The notes below the pieces were generated by a model. It had not been told where the DNA came from. It did not search any database and worked only from the letters and a program-made list of their open reading frames with translations. This document shows, one piece after another, positions 25,701 through 37,565 of a stretch of DNA of 64,000 nt (its first letter is position 1; the number at the start of each line of letters is the position of its first letter). The stretch is from Cyanophora paradoxa CCMP329. Lineage: Eukaryota > Plantae > Glaucophyta. The position numbers and the translations under genes were made by a program. The DNA is taken from assembly GCA_004431415.1 (NCBI GenBank), contig QPMI01000017.1, forward strand, positions 620,001 to 684,000, in the 5' to 3' direction.

Positions 25701-28700
25701 GGCTCGAGCGGCTCGAGGCCGAGCTCGCCGCCGCGCAGCGCGCCGCGGCGGAGGCCGCCGCCGCCGCCGATAACATCCGCGCGCAGCTCGCGGTCAGCTT
25801 AAGCGTAAAGCTGCGCGTCAAGCAGCGAGCGCAAAGTCTCACGCCGGCGCGCAGAAGCACTCCGGGGCCGGCGCGGACCTGCAGGGGAGGCTCGCGGCGC
25901 TGGAGGCCGAGCTCGCCGCCGCGCAGCGCGCACGGGACGAGGCCGCCGCCGCCGCCGCCAGCCTCCGAGCGGAGCTCGCGGTCCGCCCTCCGCCCCGCGC
26001 TTTCCACGGCCTTTGGAACGCTCAGCGGCTCACGCCGGACCGCAGAAGCACTCCGGGGCCGGCGCGGGCCTGCAGGAGAGGCTCGCAGCGCTAGAGGCCG
26101 AGCTGGCCGCCGCGCAGCGCGCAAGGGACGAGGCCGCCGCCGCCGCCGCCAGCCTCCGAGCGGAGCTCGCGGTCCGCCCTCCGCCCCGCGCTTTCCACGG
26201 CCTTTGGAACGCTCAGCGGCTCACGCCGGCGCGCAGAAGCACTCCGGGGCCGGCGCGGACCTGCAGGAGAGGCTCGCGGCGCTGGAGGCCGAGCTGGCCG
26301 CCGCGCAGCGCGCAAGGGACGAGGCCGCCGCCGCCGCGGACGCCCTCCGAGCCCAGCTCGCGGTCTGCACGCCCTCCGCCCTGCGCGGCCCGCGGCCTTC
26401 GCAACGCCCAGCGGCTCACGCCGGCGCGCAGAAGCAGGCGGAGGAGGGCGCGGGGCTGCGGGGCCGCCTGGGCGGCCTGGAGGCCGAGCTCGCCGCCGCG
26501 CAGGGCGCGAGGGACGCCGCCGCCGCTGCCGCCGACGGCCTCCGCGAGCAGCTCGCGGTCCGCCCGCCCTTTCCTCTGAGCCGGAAGCTCGAGGCCTCGC
26601 CCCGACGCCGGCCCCGGGTACAGAAGAAGCTGGGGGAGCTCGCGGGGATGAACGGTCGCCTGGAGGGCCTCGAGGCCGCCCTCGCCGCCGTCCGCCCCGC
26701 CCCGCTCACCTGACCCCTGATCATGAGCCCGGCCCGCCTGACTTCTCTCGAACTTGTCTGCAGTGCCAGCGGCCGGGGGCGCCGCGGAACCTGCGCGCCG
26801 CCCCCGCGGGCGAGGGCGCCCTGACGCTCTCCTGGAGCCCCCCGGGGGGGGGCGCCCCCCCCCCCCCCCCCCCCCCCCCTCCCTCCCTCGCGCGCCTGAC
26901 GTGGACGGGCCTGCAGCCGTTCCTGCCCTCGGTGCCCGGGGCGGAGGCGCCGACGCACTACGAGGTCTTCGAGGGCGAGCGGCCGGCGGGGCGCGTGGCG
27001 GCCCCGGCCACCGCCTGCGAGGTCCCCCGGCCCGCCCCCGGCCTCCCCGCCGCCTTTGCGGTGCGACGGCCCTACCTTCTGTAAAGCCTCGGGCGGCGCC
27101 GGCGCTCACGTGGCGGGGCGGGGCGGGGAGCAGGTGCGGGCCGCCTCGGCGCGGGGCCCGGGGCCCCTCTGTGCCCCGCTCGCTGTCGGCGACCTCGCCG
27201 CCCCCGCCGCCCCGCCCGGGCCTTCCCCGCCCTTCCCGCCCTCCCCGGCGCCCCGGGCGCCCCGCGCGCCTCCCCCGCCGGCCGGGCGCCCTCCGCCTCG
27301 AGTTCGACCCCCCCGAGGGGTCCGTGCCCCTCGGGGGCTACGAGATCCTGGCCGACGGCGCACCGTGCGCCCCGCCCTTCCCCACCCTCTCCCCGCCCTC
27401 GCTCACCGGCGCCGGCGCAGGATCGGGCGGGTGCCGGCCTCCGCGGGCCCGCCCTTCTCGTACGTGGCGCGGGGCCTGACCCCGGCCGCCCCGCCGCCTT
27501 CGCCGTCCGCGCCTTCTGCGCTGGCGGTATCGGCCCCGCCTCCCGCCCCGTCGTCGCCTCGGCGGCGGCCCCGGGCCCCCCACGGGCCTCCGCGCCCTCT
27601 CCGCCGACTGCACCTCGGCCACCGTCGCGTGGGACGCACCCGCGGGGGCCGCCGCCGCCGGCGTGACGGGGTACGCCGTCTACGTGAACGGCGCGCGCGC
27701 GGCGGGGGCGGGGGCGGAGGACGCGCAGGCAACGCTCACGGGCCTCAAGCCGGGCCGCCCCTACGCCGTCGCCGTCGCCTCGCTGGCGGGGCCGGCCGAG
27801 GGGCCCCACTCGGCCCCCATCGCCCTCGCCACGGCCTCGGGCCTCCCGCCCGCGCCCGAGGGCCTCCGCTGCGCGGCGTGCGGGGCGCGCAGCGTGCGCC
27901 TCGAGTGGGCCGCCTGCGCCCCCGAGCACGGGGCGCCCGCCGTCGAGGCCTACGAGGTCTTCGCCGACGGCGCCAAGGTCGGCGAGGTCCCGGCGCAGGC
28001 GCAGGCGTCCGGCAAGGGCCGCAAGCCCCCGGCCCCGGTTGCCTACGAGGCCGCCGGGCTGGAGCCCGGGCGCCCCGTCGCGTTCACCGTGCGGGCCCGC
28101 TCGGCGGCCGGCGCGGGGCCGGCCTCGCCCCCGCTCGTGGCGCGGGCCGGGGGCGAGGGCCCCGGGGCGCCCCGGGACCTGCTCGCCTCCCGCGTGACTC
28201 ACGAGGCGGCCACCCTCGAGTGGGCCCCGCCGGACGCGCCGGAGCCGCCCGCGGTGGCCGACCCCCCCGCCTCCTACCAGGTCTTCTGCAACGAGCGCAA
28301 GGTCCTGGCCGCACCCGTACCCCAGCGTCTTCCCCCCCCCCCGCCCGTTCAACGGGGTACGCGCAGATGGCGGAGGTGGCGGCGGGTGGGCCGGACGACT
28401 CGGCGGTGTACGAGGCGGAGGGCCTGCCGCCGGGCACGCCCCACTCCTTCACCGTCCGCGCCGTCGGGTGCGCATGCGCGGGGCCGAGCGGAGCGGGCTT
28501 CGCGCACTCTGGCGCGCGATCCTGCTCACCGCCGCTCGTGCAGGGCCTCGGGGGCGGTGGGCCCGCACAGCGGCCCGGCGCTGGTGACGACGGCGCCGCT
28601 GCCGGGGAGCGCCTACGGGCTCCGGGCCGAGCCGGAGGGGCCAGACGCCGTCCGCCTCCGCTGGGCCCTCCCCGCCCCCCTCGCCGCCCTCGGCGGCTTC

Positions 28701-30673
28701 CGCGTGCGCCCGCGCGCCCGGCCCCTTGTCTTGCCCCGACTTCAAAGCTTGAGGGCCCGGCCCGCCGCAGTCGTTCGCGGTGCTGCAGGACGGCGCGCAG
28801 GTCGCCACCGTGCCCCTCCCGGCCCCGTGCGCCCCCCTCCGCCCCGGTCCGCCCCCCCGCGCACCTCCCGACGCCCCGGGCAGTTCACCCCGGAGAGCAA
28901 GCAGCAGCGGAAGAAATCTGGCGGGGCGGCGGCGGCGGCGGCGGGGCGGCACGGCCGGCCCCCGCGGCCGTGCCCCTCGAGCACCTCGTGGCGGGCCTCG
29001 CCCCGGGGGCCGCCCCGACCTTTGTCGTGAGCCCGCTGCCCGAGGGCCGCGCCCCGCCCTCCTCCCCGCTCCTCGTCCTCGTCCTCGGCGGCGGCGCCGC
29101 GGTCCCGGTAGGCGCGGCGGCCCCGGCGGCGGCCCCGGCACCGGCGGCGGCCCCCGCCCGGGCGGCCCCGGCGGCGGCGCCCCCGGGGGGGAAGTTCCCC
29201 CTGCGGCTGGTCCGGGCGGAGGCGGGGGCGGCGGAGCTGCGCTGGGCCCACCTGCTCGACCCGCCGGGCGTCCTCTCCTACTCCATCTTCGCCGACGGCG
29301 CCGTGCGCGCCCCCGCCCGCTCCATCGCTCTCTGATCCCTTCTTATGTATCTCTTTTCGACTTCGTCTTACCCCCGCGCAGCTCTGCGGCTCGGTGCCGG
29401 TCTCGCAGACGGGCCTGCCCCCTCCCGAGCTCTCCCACGCCGCGCGGGGCCTGCCCTTCGGCTCCACCGTCACGCGCGTCGCCCTGTACCCCCACCCCGT
29501 TCCTCCGAGCACTTCGTTCTCACGTGCACGGCCCGCAGTTTCACGGTGCAGGCGGTGACGCAGGACGGCCCCGCGCTCGAGTCGGAGCCCCTCGCCGTGG
29601 AAATCCCGTACCCCCGCCTCCACCTCGACGTGGAGGACCGCGGGGCCGACTCCGCTACCCTCCGCTGGAGCCCCCTGCCCATGCCCGAGGCCCGCCCGCC
29701 CCCGCGCCGTTTCGCGCCACGTACCCCCCCTGAACTCCGCCTTCTCCAGGTGGAGAGGTACGACGTTCTGCAGGACGGGGCGGTCGTGGGGAGCGTGCCG
29801 GCGCCCCCGGCTCCACCCCCGGGGACCCCGGAGGCCGCCGCCGGCCCCCTGCCCCTCAATTTCACCGCCGCGCCCCTCAAGCGTGCGCCCCCCGCGCGCC
29901 CCGCGCCCCAGCCTGCAGCCTGCCTGACCCGCGGCCGGGCCGGCAGCCACGGAGTCGTACACGTTCGCCGTGCAGAGCGTGCTGCGCCCCCCGCCGGCCG
30001 CGGCCGCGCCGCCCGCCTCGGCGCGCCCCCAGGGCATCCTCTCCAACCCCGCGGTTCCCCCTTCCCTCCTTTCCCCCCCTCCTTGTAGATCTTCGCCCTG
30101 ATCGCGACGCGCGCGTCTGCCGGCCGCAGCTGGTCTGCCTGCAGCCGCGGACGCCGCGGGGCAGCTTCCCGCTGCGCGTCGCCTCGGTGGGGCACACCTC
30201 CGTCCTGCTCGAGTGGGAGGCCCCGCGGGAGCCGCCCGCCCCCGTGCGTGCCTACGACGTCTACGTCGACGGTGAGAAGGTCGGGAGCGCCCCCGCGGAC
30301 GGCGGCACGCAGTCCGGCAAGTTCTTCTACCCCGTCGACGGCCTCGAGGGGTACACCCTCTACGCCTTCGACGTCGTCGCCGTCCTCGAGTCGGGTGCGC
30401 GCGGACTCCGGTGCCAGTCCCGGCGCCGGCGTGGGGCCCGGCCCGACCCCGCGCAGGCCCCGGCGTGAGCTCGCAGACGGCGGAGGCCGAGACCCTCTCG
30501 GAGCCCGTGCGCATGCGCCCCTCCGCTCCTCTCATCCCCTCTCTTCTCCTCGCCCCTCGCCCTCTTCTCCTGAGGCGGGGGCCGGGGCCGGGGCGGGGCA
30601 GGAGGACACGGAGTGGGTGGTGGGCGTCATCGACCGCTTCGACGTCGGGTTCATGGACTCCGCCAGGGGCTGA
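22702..30673 (+). CDS. Giant multi-exon protein: CBM20-like domain, coiled-coil repeat region, multiple fibronectin type III domains
   Basis: About 23195-23570 reads ISFHC...SVTGSPRCLGAWDVRRSVPI...FEFKFII (CBM20-like). 25320-26700 is heptad repeats. FN3 signatures recur (VSLEWDPP..YEL..NG..YVFAVAARNGEGAGP; VTGYAVYVNG..LTGLKPGRPYAVAV; GLEPG; GLPPGTPHSFTV; TSVLLEWEAP..YDVYVDG..GLEGYTLYAFDV). Apparent frameshifts sit at homopolymers; could be more than one gene. Confidence 0.7.
25667..26557 (+). repeat. Tandemly duplicated exon+intron units (126-nt exons, about 191-bp period) encoding 42-aa coiled-coil repeats
   Basis: Exons start at 25667, 25855, 26046, 26237 and 26432. Each is flanked by cag|...ctcgcg|gt and encodes ..L.xRL..LEAELAAAQ.A...A.AAA..LR..LA. 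Confidence 0.9.
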
Positions 30674-31346
30674 CCCCGAGGGCCGCCCGAGGGGTACCGC
30701 AGAAGAGCTTCGCATGCGCCGCCTGGGGGCCGGGGGCGACGTCGGACGATCACAGTGATTTGTAAATCTGCAATCGTGCCCAAATTCAAGTTTCGAACGA
30801 GATCTGACGACAGCGAGCTTTCCCTCCTCCCGCACCCTGGCACCCTCCATTTATATTCCGACGTTCCCACTGCAGCTGGCCATGGGCCACGTAGTTACAT
30901 GCTAACTAGTAAGAGATTATAATCAACAAGCGAGTCCCTGCGGAGCAGGAGTGGCCTTGGGTCTTGGGGCTTCAAGGCGTGAGGGTGGCAGCTCTTTGTT
31001 TTTAAACGGGGGCCCGCAACCGCGCGCGGTTACGGGGGAGGGTGGAGGAGAGCTGCGGGGGGGTCCACTCGGCAAGGGTACACACTCAAGTAAGAGGGTA
31101 CAGAATTGTGCCGCAAGGGTACAGATATCGATATCGATGCGGGGCCCAATCGGCCGAAATTGTACCGAGTACAGGCCCTTCGCGCCCGCCAGCCTCAAGA
31201 GGCGCCATACAACGCCGTTCCGCTGCGCTCTCCTTTCCCCAAGGCCGACATTTTTATGGCAGCAGTCGACGTCTGGCCACAGTCTGTCTGGGCCAGTGGC
31301 AGGCAGGCACTGGCAGCACTGGCAGGGCCACAGTCTGGCAGCCTCA

Positions 31347-31621
31347 GGCCGTTTTCCCCATGTAGGACTTGCCGTAGTCGGGAATTAGGTAATTAGGTAA
31401 TTAGGTCGAACACGCACCTTTTTTTGCGGACGATCCTCGAACCGGTAAAAATCTAATTAGCTTGGAATTCGAGGAGGTCGGGCCGGACCTCCTCGAGTTC
31501 CGGCTAATTAGGTCGGCCTGTCCCGAACTAGTTTTGAGGCCGTACCCCTCCCCTCGTCGACGAAAGACCCCTAATTACCTAATTACCTAATTCCAAGTCG
31601 CCGCGCGTGGGGAAAACGCCC
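31347..31621. mobile_element. PIF/Harbinger(Tourist)-like MITE, 275 bp, foldback structure
   Basis: TIRs GGCCGTTTTCCCCA / TGGGGAAAACGCCC (14 bp, 1 mismatch). 3-bp TCA on both flanks (31344-46 and 31622-24). Inverted subterminal (AATTAGGT)3 arrays and a central hairpin gaattcgaggaggtc...gacctcctcgagttc. Confidence 0.8.
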
Positions 31622-32146
31622 TCAGAACCAGGGAAAAGCCAGCAGGCTCTGATGCGACGGATCAGACACCAGGGACCCGGGAAAAGCGCTAGCCAGCACT
31701 GCCCAGCAGGCTCTGATGCGACGGATGCCGGATGACAACCCCTCGATCGTCTTTCTGCCTGTATAGACTTCTTTGAGCCGGTCAGCAGCGTTTAATTGCT
31801 TTGGATACTATGATAGTGGATAAGAGAGCGTTCTGAACAGTTTGGCGACGTTTCTGCTCTGTCCGAGCGGGGATTCTTTGGCGAGTGTGGGGGTGGTTAT
31901 CCGATGATCGATAACATACGGTGCCATAATAATAATATAAAATAATGGTGCTAAAGATTATCAATAGCGGTCACGATTTGCCAAGAATTAATAATACCAT
32001 CACTGAACAGTACTAGCTGTTCTAAATACGTAAGTTGACTTAACGTTAACGTACTATAGGCCTAGCTACTGTATAGCCTATATATATAGCCTATAGGCTT
32101 TTCATACCGGTACCGGTAGCTACGGACCTACTACTAGGCTACTAGG

Positions 32147-32536
32147 TAGGGTTGGTGAATTTCATGAAATTCAAAAATTTGGCGTTGAAACTGAAAGTCG
32201 ACCCTTTGAAAGCTTTGAAAATTCAATTGAAATTTCAATCCGCAGTGCAGCACTTGCAGAGACCCCACGCACTGCAGAGAGTCTCTTTCACTCTGAATTG
32301 TCTCTAATCGACTTCACTCTCACTCTCTGAGACTCTTTACGGGCTGGGAGGGCTCCCGGGAAGGCCGGAGGGGCTGGGAAGGGGAAGCTGAGGGTGCGAA
32401 AACGGAGAAATTCAATATATTTTATTATTTTTATATTCTATTTCAATGCAATTTCAACGGGCGGCGTTGAAATTGAAATTGAAATTTCAATTTTAATGCA
32501 ATTTCAATGGCTTGAAATTTCAAGCTGCCAACCCTA
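32147..32536. mobile_element. Non-autonomous hAT-type element (MITE), 390 bp
   Basis: TIRs TAGGGTTGG / CCAACCCTA. Perfect 8-bp TSD CTACTAGG (32139-46 and 32537-44). Subterminal TTGAAA/TTTCAA motif arrays. Confidence 0.9.
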
Positions 32537-33541
32537 CTACTAGGCTACGGTCACCGGCCCGACACCGGGTATACTATGATACGTAATACTATGATAGCGA
32601 GCTAGCCGCCTGAGCCTGCCAGAAGTAGCCTAGTATACGTACTAGTAGCTAGCGCTGGCCCGCTGGGAGCCTGGGACTCTTCGGAGCCTGAGTTCGAGAC
32701 CCGGGCCGGGGAGTCGTCGGCCGGGGGTTCTTCCTTCATTTTAGGTGGAAGGTACAGTACCTGAGAGCCGAACAGCCTCTTACGAGCCGAGCTCGAGGTT
32801 GGAGGCCGCCGGCGCCGGCCGCGGCGCTTTGTGGACCCGTCACCCGGGGTCCCGGACGGCGGACGGGGCCGGACCCCGAGAATGGCTAATCATTGGCTAT
32901 TATAAATAATTAATGCATGCGCATAGGCGGCACCAAATTAAGGCGTTTTTTGGAGCTTTTTGGGCCAAATTAATCCCGGGGTTTGGCCGGTTTAGTACTA
33001 CGGTAGGCCATAAATAATTAAGACTTCGCTGCGGAGCGCTTTAGTAGCGACCGTGGGCGCAGGGCGCGCGAGGCTAGGGGGTGCGCTCGACGCCGTCGAC
33101 GTCCGGACTCCGGAGTCCCTAAAGCTTCGCGCTCCCTCTCACTACGTACACGGTACACGTACAGCTGTACCGGCGCCACCGCGCTCCGTACCCCCCAAGG
33201 CCTCGGTTTAATAGTATTAAACTTTTGAAAATCTTTATATAATTAGTAATCAGGCTTCAAAACTTTAGTACCATTAATATCCAACCTCTTAAATATTTCC
33301 TGCTTTACAGTTGTACTGCCGCACTGCGGCAGTGCCGCAGACAGCCCGCAGTGCCGCATGCGCAGTGCGGCTGCCAGTGCCTGGCATTGTGGCTATTAAT
33401 GCGGCACCAACTTGGCAAATTAATGCGTTTTGAAGCCTTTTGGCTGCATGTGGGGGGTACAGACCGCAGTTTCTTAGCGCTTCGATATTAATGCGCGGCT
33501 TTATTATGCGCCCCCAAATTAATGCGTTTTGACGGCAGAAA

Positions 33542-36500
33542 ACGCGTGCAACGTCATTAATAACATTAATGACCATTATCATGAGCGCGCACCCCAATTG
33601 CAAGACTCACGATCATGTGCGCGTGCACGTGCATCTGCAGATGCTTCGGATTATTCAGCCAGCCGTGCTGTGGGTGCGCGTGTGTGTTTCGAGTTCCAAT
33701 GCAGGGATTTTAATTATTATAAACAATATTAATACATCATGATCATGATCGATTAAACGAAAACACGCGTCGAGGTTTATATATATATATATAGTAAATG
33801 ACGATATCGGGGGCGCGCTGCAGACGGCTCGGGACTCGATGGAAACTTCATGTCGGTCAAGGGTTTCCATTCAGCTGTGGGCGACGCAGCGCCATGGGTT
33901 CGCATCTCCTATGATCAGTCGCTCACACAGTTCTTTCCAGCCCCCCTGCTTGGACCCATTCTGATCCTGTTAAACGTTGCCGTCGTTCGCAGTGGAAGGT
34001 AGACCTGCAGAAAAACCACGCCATCTCATCTGTGCAGATCTACAATGTGCGTTGCAGTTTCGTTCTTTCACCTCCGGAATATGCTGAATCGGATTGTGAC
34101 TGTTCACGTGCGCGGCAGCGATCGGACAGTGCGTCAGCGCTTGCGATTTCAATCGTATCGAGATTGAATCTCTTAATGACTCCCGTCCTGATCACGTCCG
34201 GACCTGATATTGCGATTCGATCGTGACAGATGACCTTGGTAGTCGTCTCAAGAACTTCGTTATCGAAGTTTTGGACGACAATAAGACCGTGCGAAATATT
34301 GATAGATATGCTAGCTCGAAAGTTTATTTTTTTCTGGATCTACTAAGATAGCTAAAGCTCTCGCTCTATAGCCGCACGTCGTTCTCTCCGGTCCCGGGTT
34401 TCCCTTTTTACTCACACGATAAGCCCCTAGGCCGCGCATATTTATGGATGCTTCTTCTTCTTCGCGCATATTTATGGATGCTGATCAGCCGTTAACGTTG
34501 CTCCGTTTACTTACTCCACCGCAGGTGCACCAAACCGCTCTCATCGCCAGTCCCACCTTCAGCCAACTTAAGCCAAACGTGTTCGAGCTTCCTCTCGACG
34601 GTGTTGTCGGTGCGCATGCGCTCGCTCGATGCTCTAATTTAATTTCTATTTTATCTGTATATGTACAAATACCGTAGTATATACATATATGCATGTGATA
34701 AACAAGGCAATGATGATATATATCGGTGTATATTGATCATGATATTTGGATTGAACCCATTCGTTTAATTTATATATACAATTATGCAGTCGCCACGCGT
34801 GCGTTAAAGAATTCGCAATGCACCAGATAAATACATTATATGTCGGATCAGATGTGCTTTAGCTTGCATACGCCTGATCATGATCATTTACATGAGCTCG
34901 AAGCCCTCAAATCTGAAACTTTATCGCTAGCTTTAAATCGAGCACTCAAGATGTTCGACATCATCGAGAGAATTCGAAATTCATTTCGAATTCGAACTTG
35001 ACTTTCTCGGCAGGCGACGCTGTCAAGATTTCCTTCCCATCCGGGGGTTCGAAAAAGCGACTTTCAGCGCAACCGATGTGGATGCAATCAAGTCGCTCAC
35101 GTGCACAACCGCCCGCAATCGTTTGCAGGTTATATAAACATTGGGGAGGTACAGGTCATGGGTGAGAGAAACCTTTCCGGACTCGATTTCTCAATTTGCA
35201 ACGAGGCAGCAGTCTCACCGTGTCGAGGCTGACAGGGACAGATGCTCCAACTAATGTCGCACTCAACAAGCCCTGCTCTGCGTCCTCGGCATGTGAGTCT
35301 TTGAAACCCTTTTTCAGCGCGTACGCGTGCAACGTCATTAATAACATTAATGACCATTATCATGAGCGCGCACCCCAATTGCAAGACTCACGATCATGTG
35401 CGCGTGCGCGTGCATCTGCAGATGCTTCGGATTATTCAGCCAGCCGTGCTGTGGGTGCGCGTGTATGCTTCGAGTTCCGCTACATTACAGGGTTTATAAT
35501 ATATACCGTAGTACTTATAATTACAAATACGTCATGATCATTTCATTGAAAACCCGCGACGAGGATCACACTGAATTTCGAGATCGGGGTGCGCTGCAGA
35601 CGGCTCGGGGCTCGAAGGAAACTTCATGTCGGTCAAGGGTTTCCATTCAGCTGTGGGCGACGCAGCGCCATGGGTTCGCATCTCCTATGATCAGTCGCTC
35701 ACACAGTTCTTTCCAGCCCCCCTGCTTGGACCCATTCTGATCCTGTTAAACGTTGCCGTCGTTCGCAGTGGAAGGTAGACTTGCAGAAAAACCACGCCAT
35801 CTCATCTGTGCAGATCTACAATGTGCGTTGCAGTTTCGTTCTTTCACCTCCGGAATATGCTGAATCGGATTGTGACTGTTCACGTGCGCGGCAGCGATCG
35901 GACAGTGCGTCAGCGCTTGCGATTTCAATCGTATCGAGATTGAATCTCTTAATGACTCCCGTCCTGATCACGTCCGGACCTGATATTGCGATTCGATCGT
36001 GACAGATGACCTCGGTAGTCGTCTCAAGAACTTCGTTATCGAAGTTTTGGACGACAATAAGACCGTGCGAAATATTGATCCTAATAGATATGCTAGAGAG
36101 TTTACTTTTGTCTGTATACGTATCTGATATTGATATTGATAGCGAAAGCTCTCGCTCTATAGCCGCACGTCGTTCTCCTGTCCCGGGTTTCCCTTTTTGA
36201 CTCACACGATATATATATAAGCCCCTAGGCCTCGCATATTTATGGATGCTTCTTCTTCTCAGCTTTTAATATTACTCCACTTCCTCCACCGCAGGTGCAC
36301 CAATCCTCTCTCATCGCCAATCCCACCTTCAGCCAAGAGAAGCCAAACATGTTTGTGCTTCCTCTCAACGGTGTTTTCGGTGCGCACGCGCGCGCACATC
36401 TACATATGGATTGGACATAGTTATTTATGCAATCGCTACTCGAATTAGCAATTTACCAGATAAATATATACAGTACATGTCGGACCGGATGCGTGTGCAT

Positions 36501-36906
36501 TCGCCTGATCATGATCATTTACATGAGCTGGAAGCTTCGAATTCTTAAGCTTTATCGCTAGCTTCAAATCGAGCACTCAAGATGTTCGACATCGCCGAGA
36601 GAATTCGAAATTCATTTTCAATTCGAACTTGACTATCACGACAGGCGACGCTGTCAAGATTTCCTTCCCATCCGGGGGTTCGAAAAAGCGACTTTCAGCG
36701 AAATTGATGCATTTGTGGATAACATTGCGTCGCTGACGTGCACAACTGCACGCAATCGTTTGCAGGTATAATGAACATTGGGGAAGTACAGGTCATGGCT
36801 ATTGGTGAGAGAAATCCTGCGAATTCTGAGTTAGATTCTCAATTTGCACGAGCCAGCAGTCTCACAGCGTCGAGGCTCCCGGGCTGACAGGGACAGAGGC
36901 TTCCAC
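33542..36906 (+). repeat. Internal tandem duplication (about 1,781-bp period) corresponding to two lectin domains
   Basis: 33542-35250 is homologous to 35323-36906; exons are near-identical and introns more diverged. Confidence 0.9.
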
Positions 36907-37292
36907 CATGGACTGCGTGGCGGTACCAGGATCTGCTAATACTATCCTATGTGCGCCGAAGACTGTATCCTATGTATCCTTAACCTTCCCGCTTCATCTA
37001 AGGTTTTTGACTGCATGTTTTGCAGGCAAAGAAGTACAGCAGGACGTCGTAAATGCTGATACTTTTCAATGTGCGCTGAAGACGTGTGCTTTTCGCTTTA
37101 ATTTGGTTTTTGACTGCATGTTTTGCAGGCACGAAAGTACAGCGTCTCGATGGCGCCGTTGATGTGGTTGACATCGAAGAGCTGGAGCATGAGTATGATG
37201 TTGAGCTCGAGCTGGAGCAAGATGCTGATTTTGCTGGGCTCTCTGCTGAACTAGCTATGGAGAATGCGGCTTTGATCATGATCGATGCTTAA
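33641..37292 (+). CDS. Tandem F-type lectin (fucolectin/FTP, F5/8C-like) domain protein with acidic tail; 5'-truncated, possibly a pseudogene
   Basis: Micro-exons splice in frame to TNVALNKPCSASSA|YASDYSASRAV|DGSGLEGNFMSVKGFHSAVGDAAPW|WKVDLQKNHAISSVQIYN|RSD|NDLGSRLKNFVIEVLDDNKT|VHQ...GV.|GDAVKISFPSG|G..NIGEVQVM. The domain occurs twice; domain 1 lacks its first (NVAL) exon. Stop at 37292. Confidence 0.85.
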
Positions 37293-37448
37293 GAGTGAAA
37301 TAATCAGAGCTTCGACCTTCATCACGATCATAATCATGAGTTGTGTTTGCTGTTACAATCGACCAAGCCGTCGACCTCGCAAAAAACCACGATTGGCATT
37401 AAATCATTATATATAATTAAGTGTTTCAGATCCCTGGCGCCTGCGCAT

Positions 37449-37565
37449 GCGTGGGGCCCGACCCACGGCAGGCCGCCGGGCGCAGCCTGGCAGGCCCCGG
37501 CGTGAGCTCGCAGACGGCGGAAGCCGAGACCCTCTGAGCCCGTACGCGTGCGCCCCTCCGACGTT
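37449..37565 (+). repeat. Dispersed direct-repeat copy of the 3' part of the FN3 gene
   Basis: Matches 30429-30525 (gcaggccccggcgtgagctcgcagacggcgg.agccgagaccctct...), joined through TCCG to acgtt as at 30857-30865. Confidence 0.85.

Noticed and set aside
31384-31594. Interstitial telomeric repeats (AATTAGGT)n
   Set aside because: Only three copies per side, arranged symmetrically inside a TIR/TSD-bounded MITE.
32625-32712. tRNA gene (TAGCCTAGT A-box-like, GTTCGAGAC B-box-like)
   Set aside because: No acceptor or anticodon stems can be formed; at most a decayed tRNA-derived SINE head.
34860-35130. Plavaka/CMC transposase fragment (PDHDHLHELE...SRFPSHP)
   Set aside because: The same DNA is better explained as introns plus in-frame lectin exons (GDAVKISFPSG|GYINIGEVQVM).
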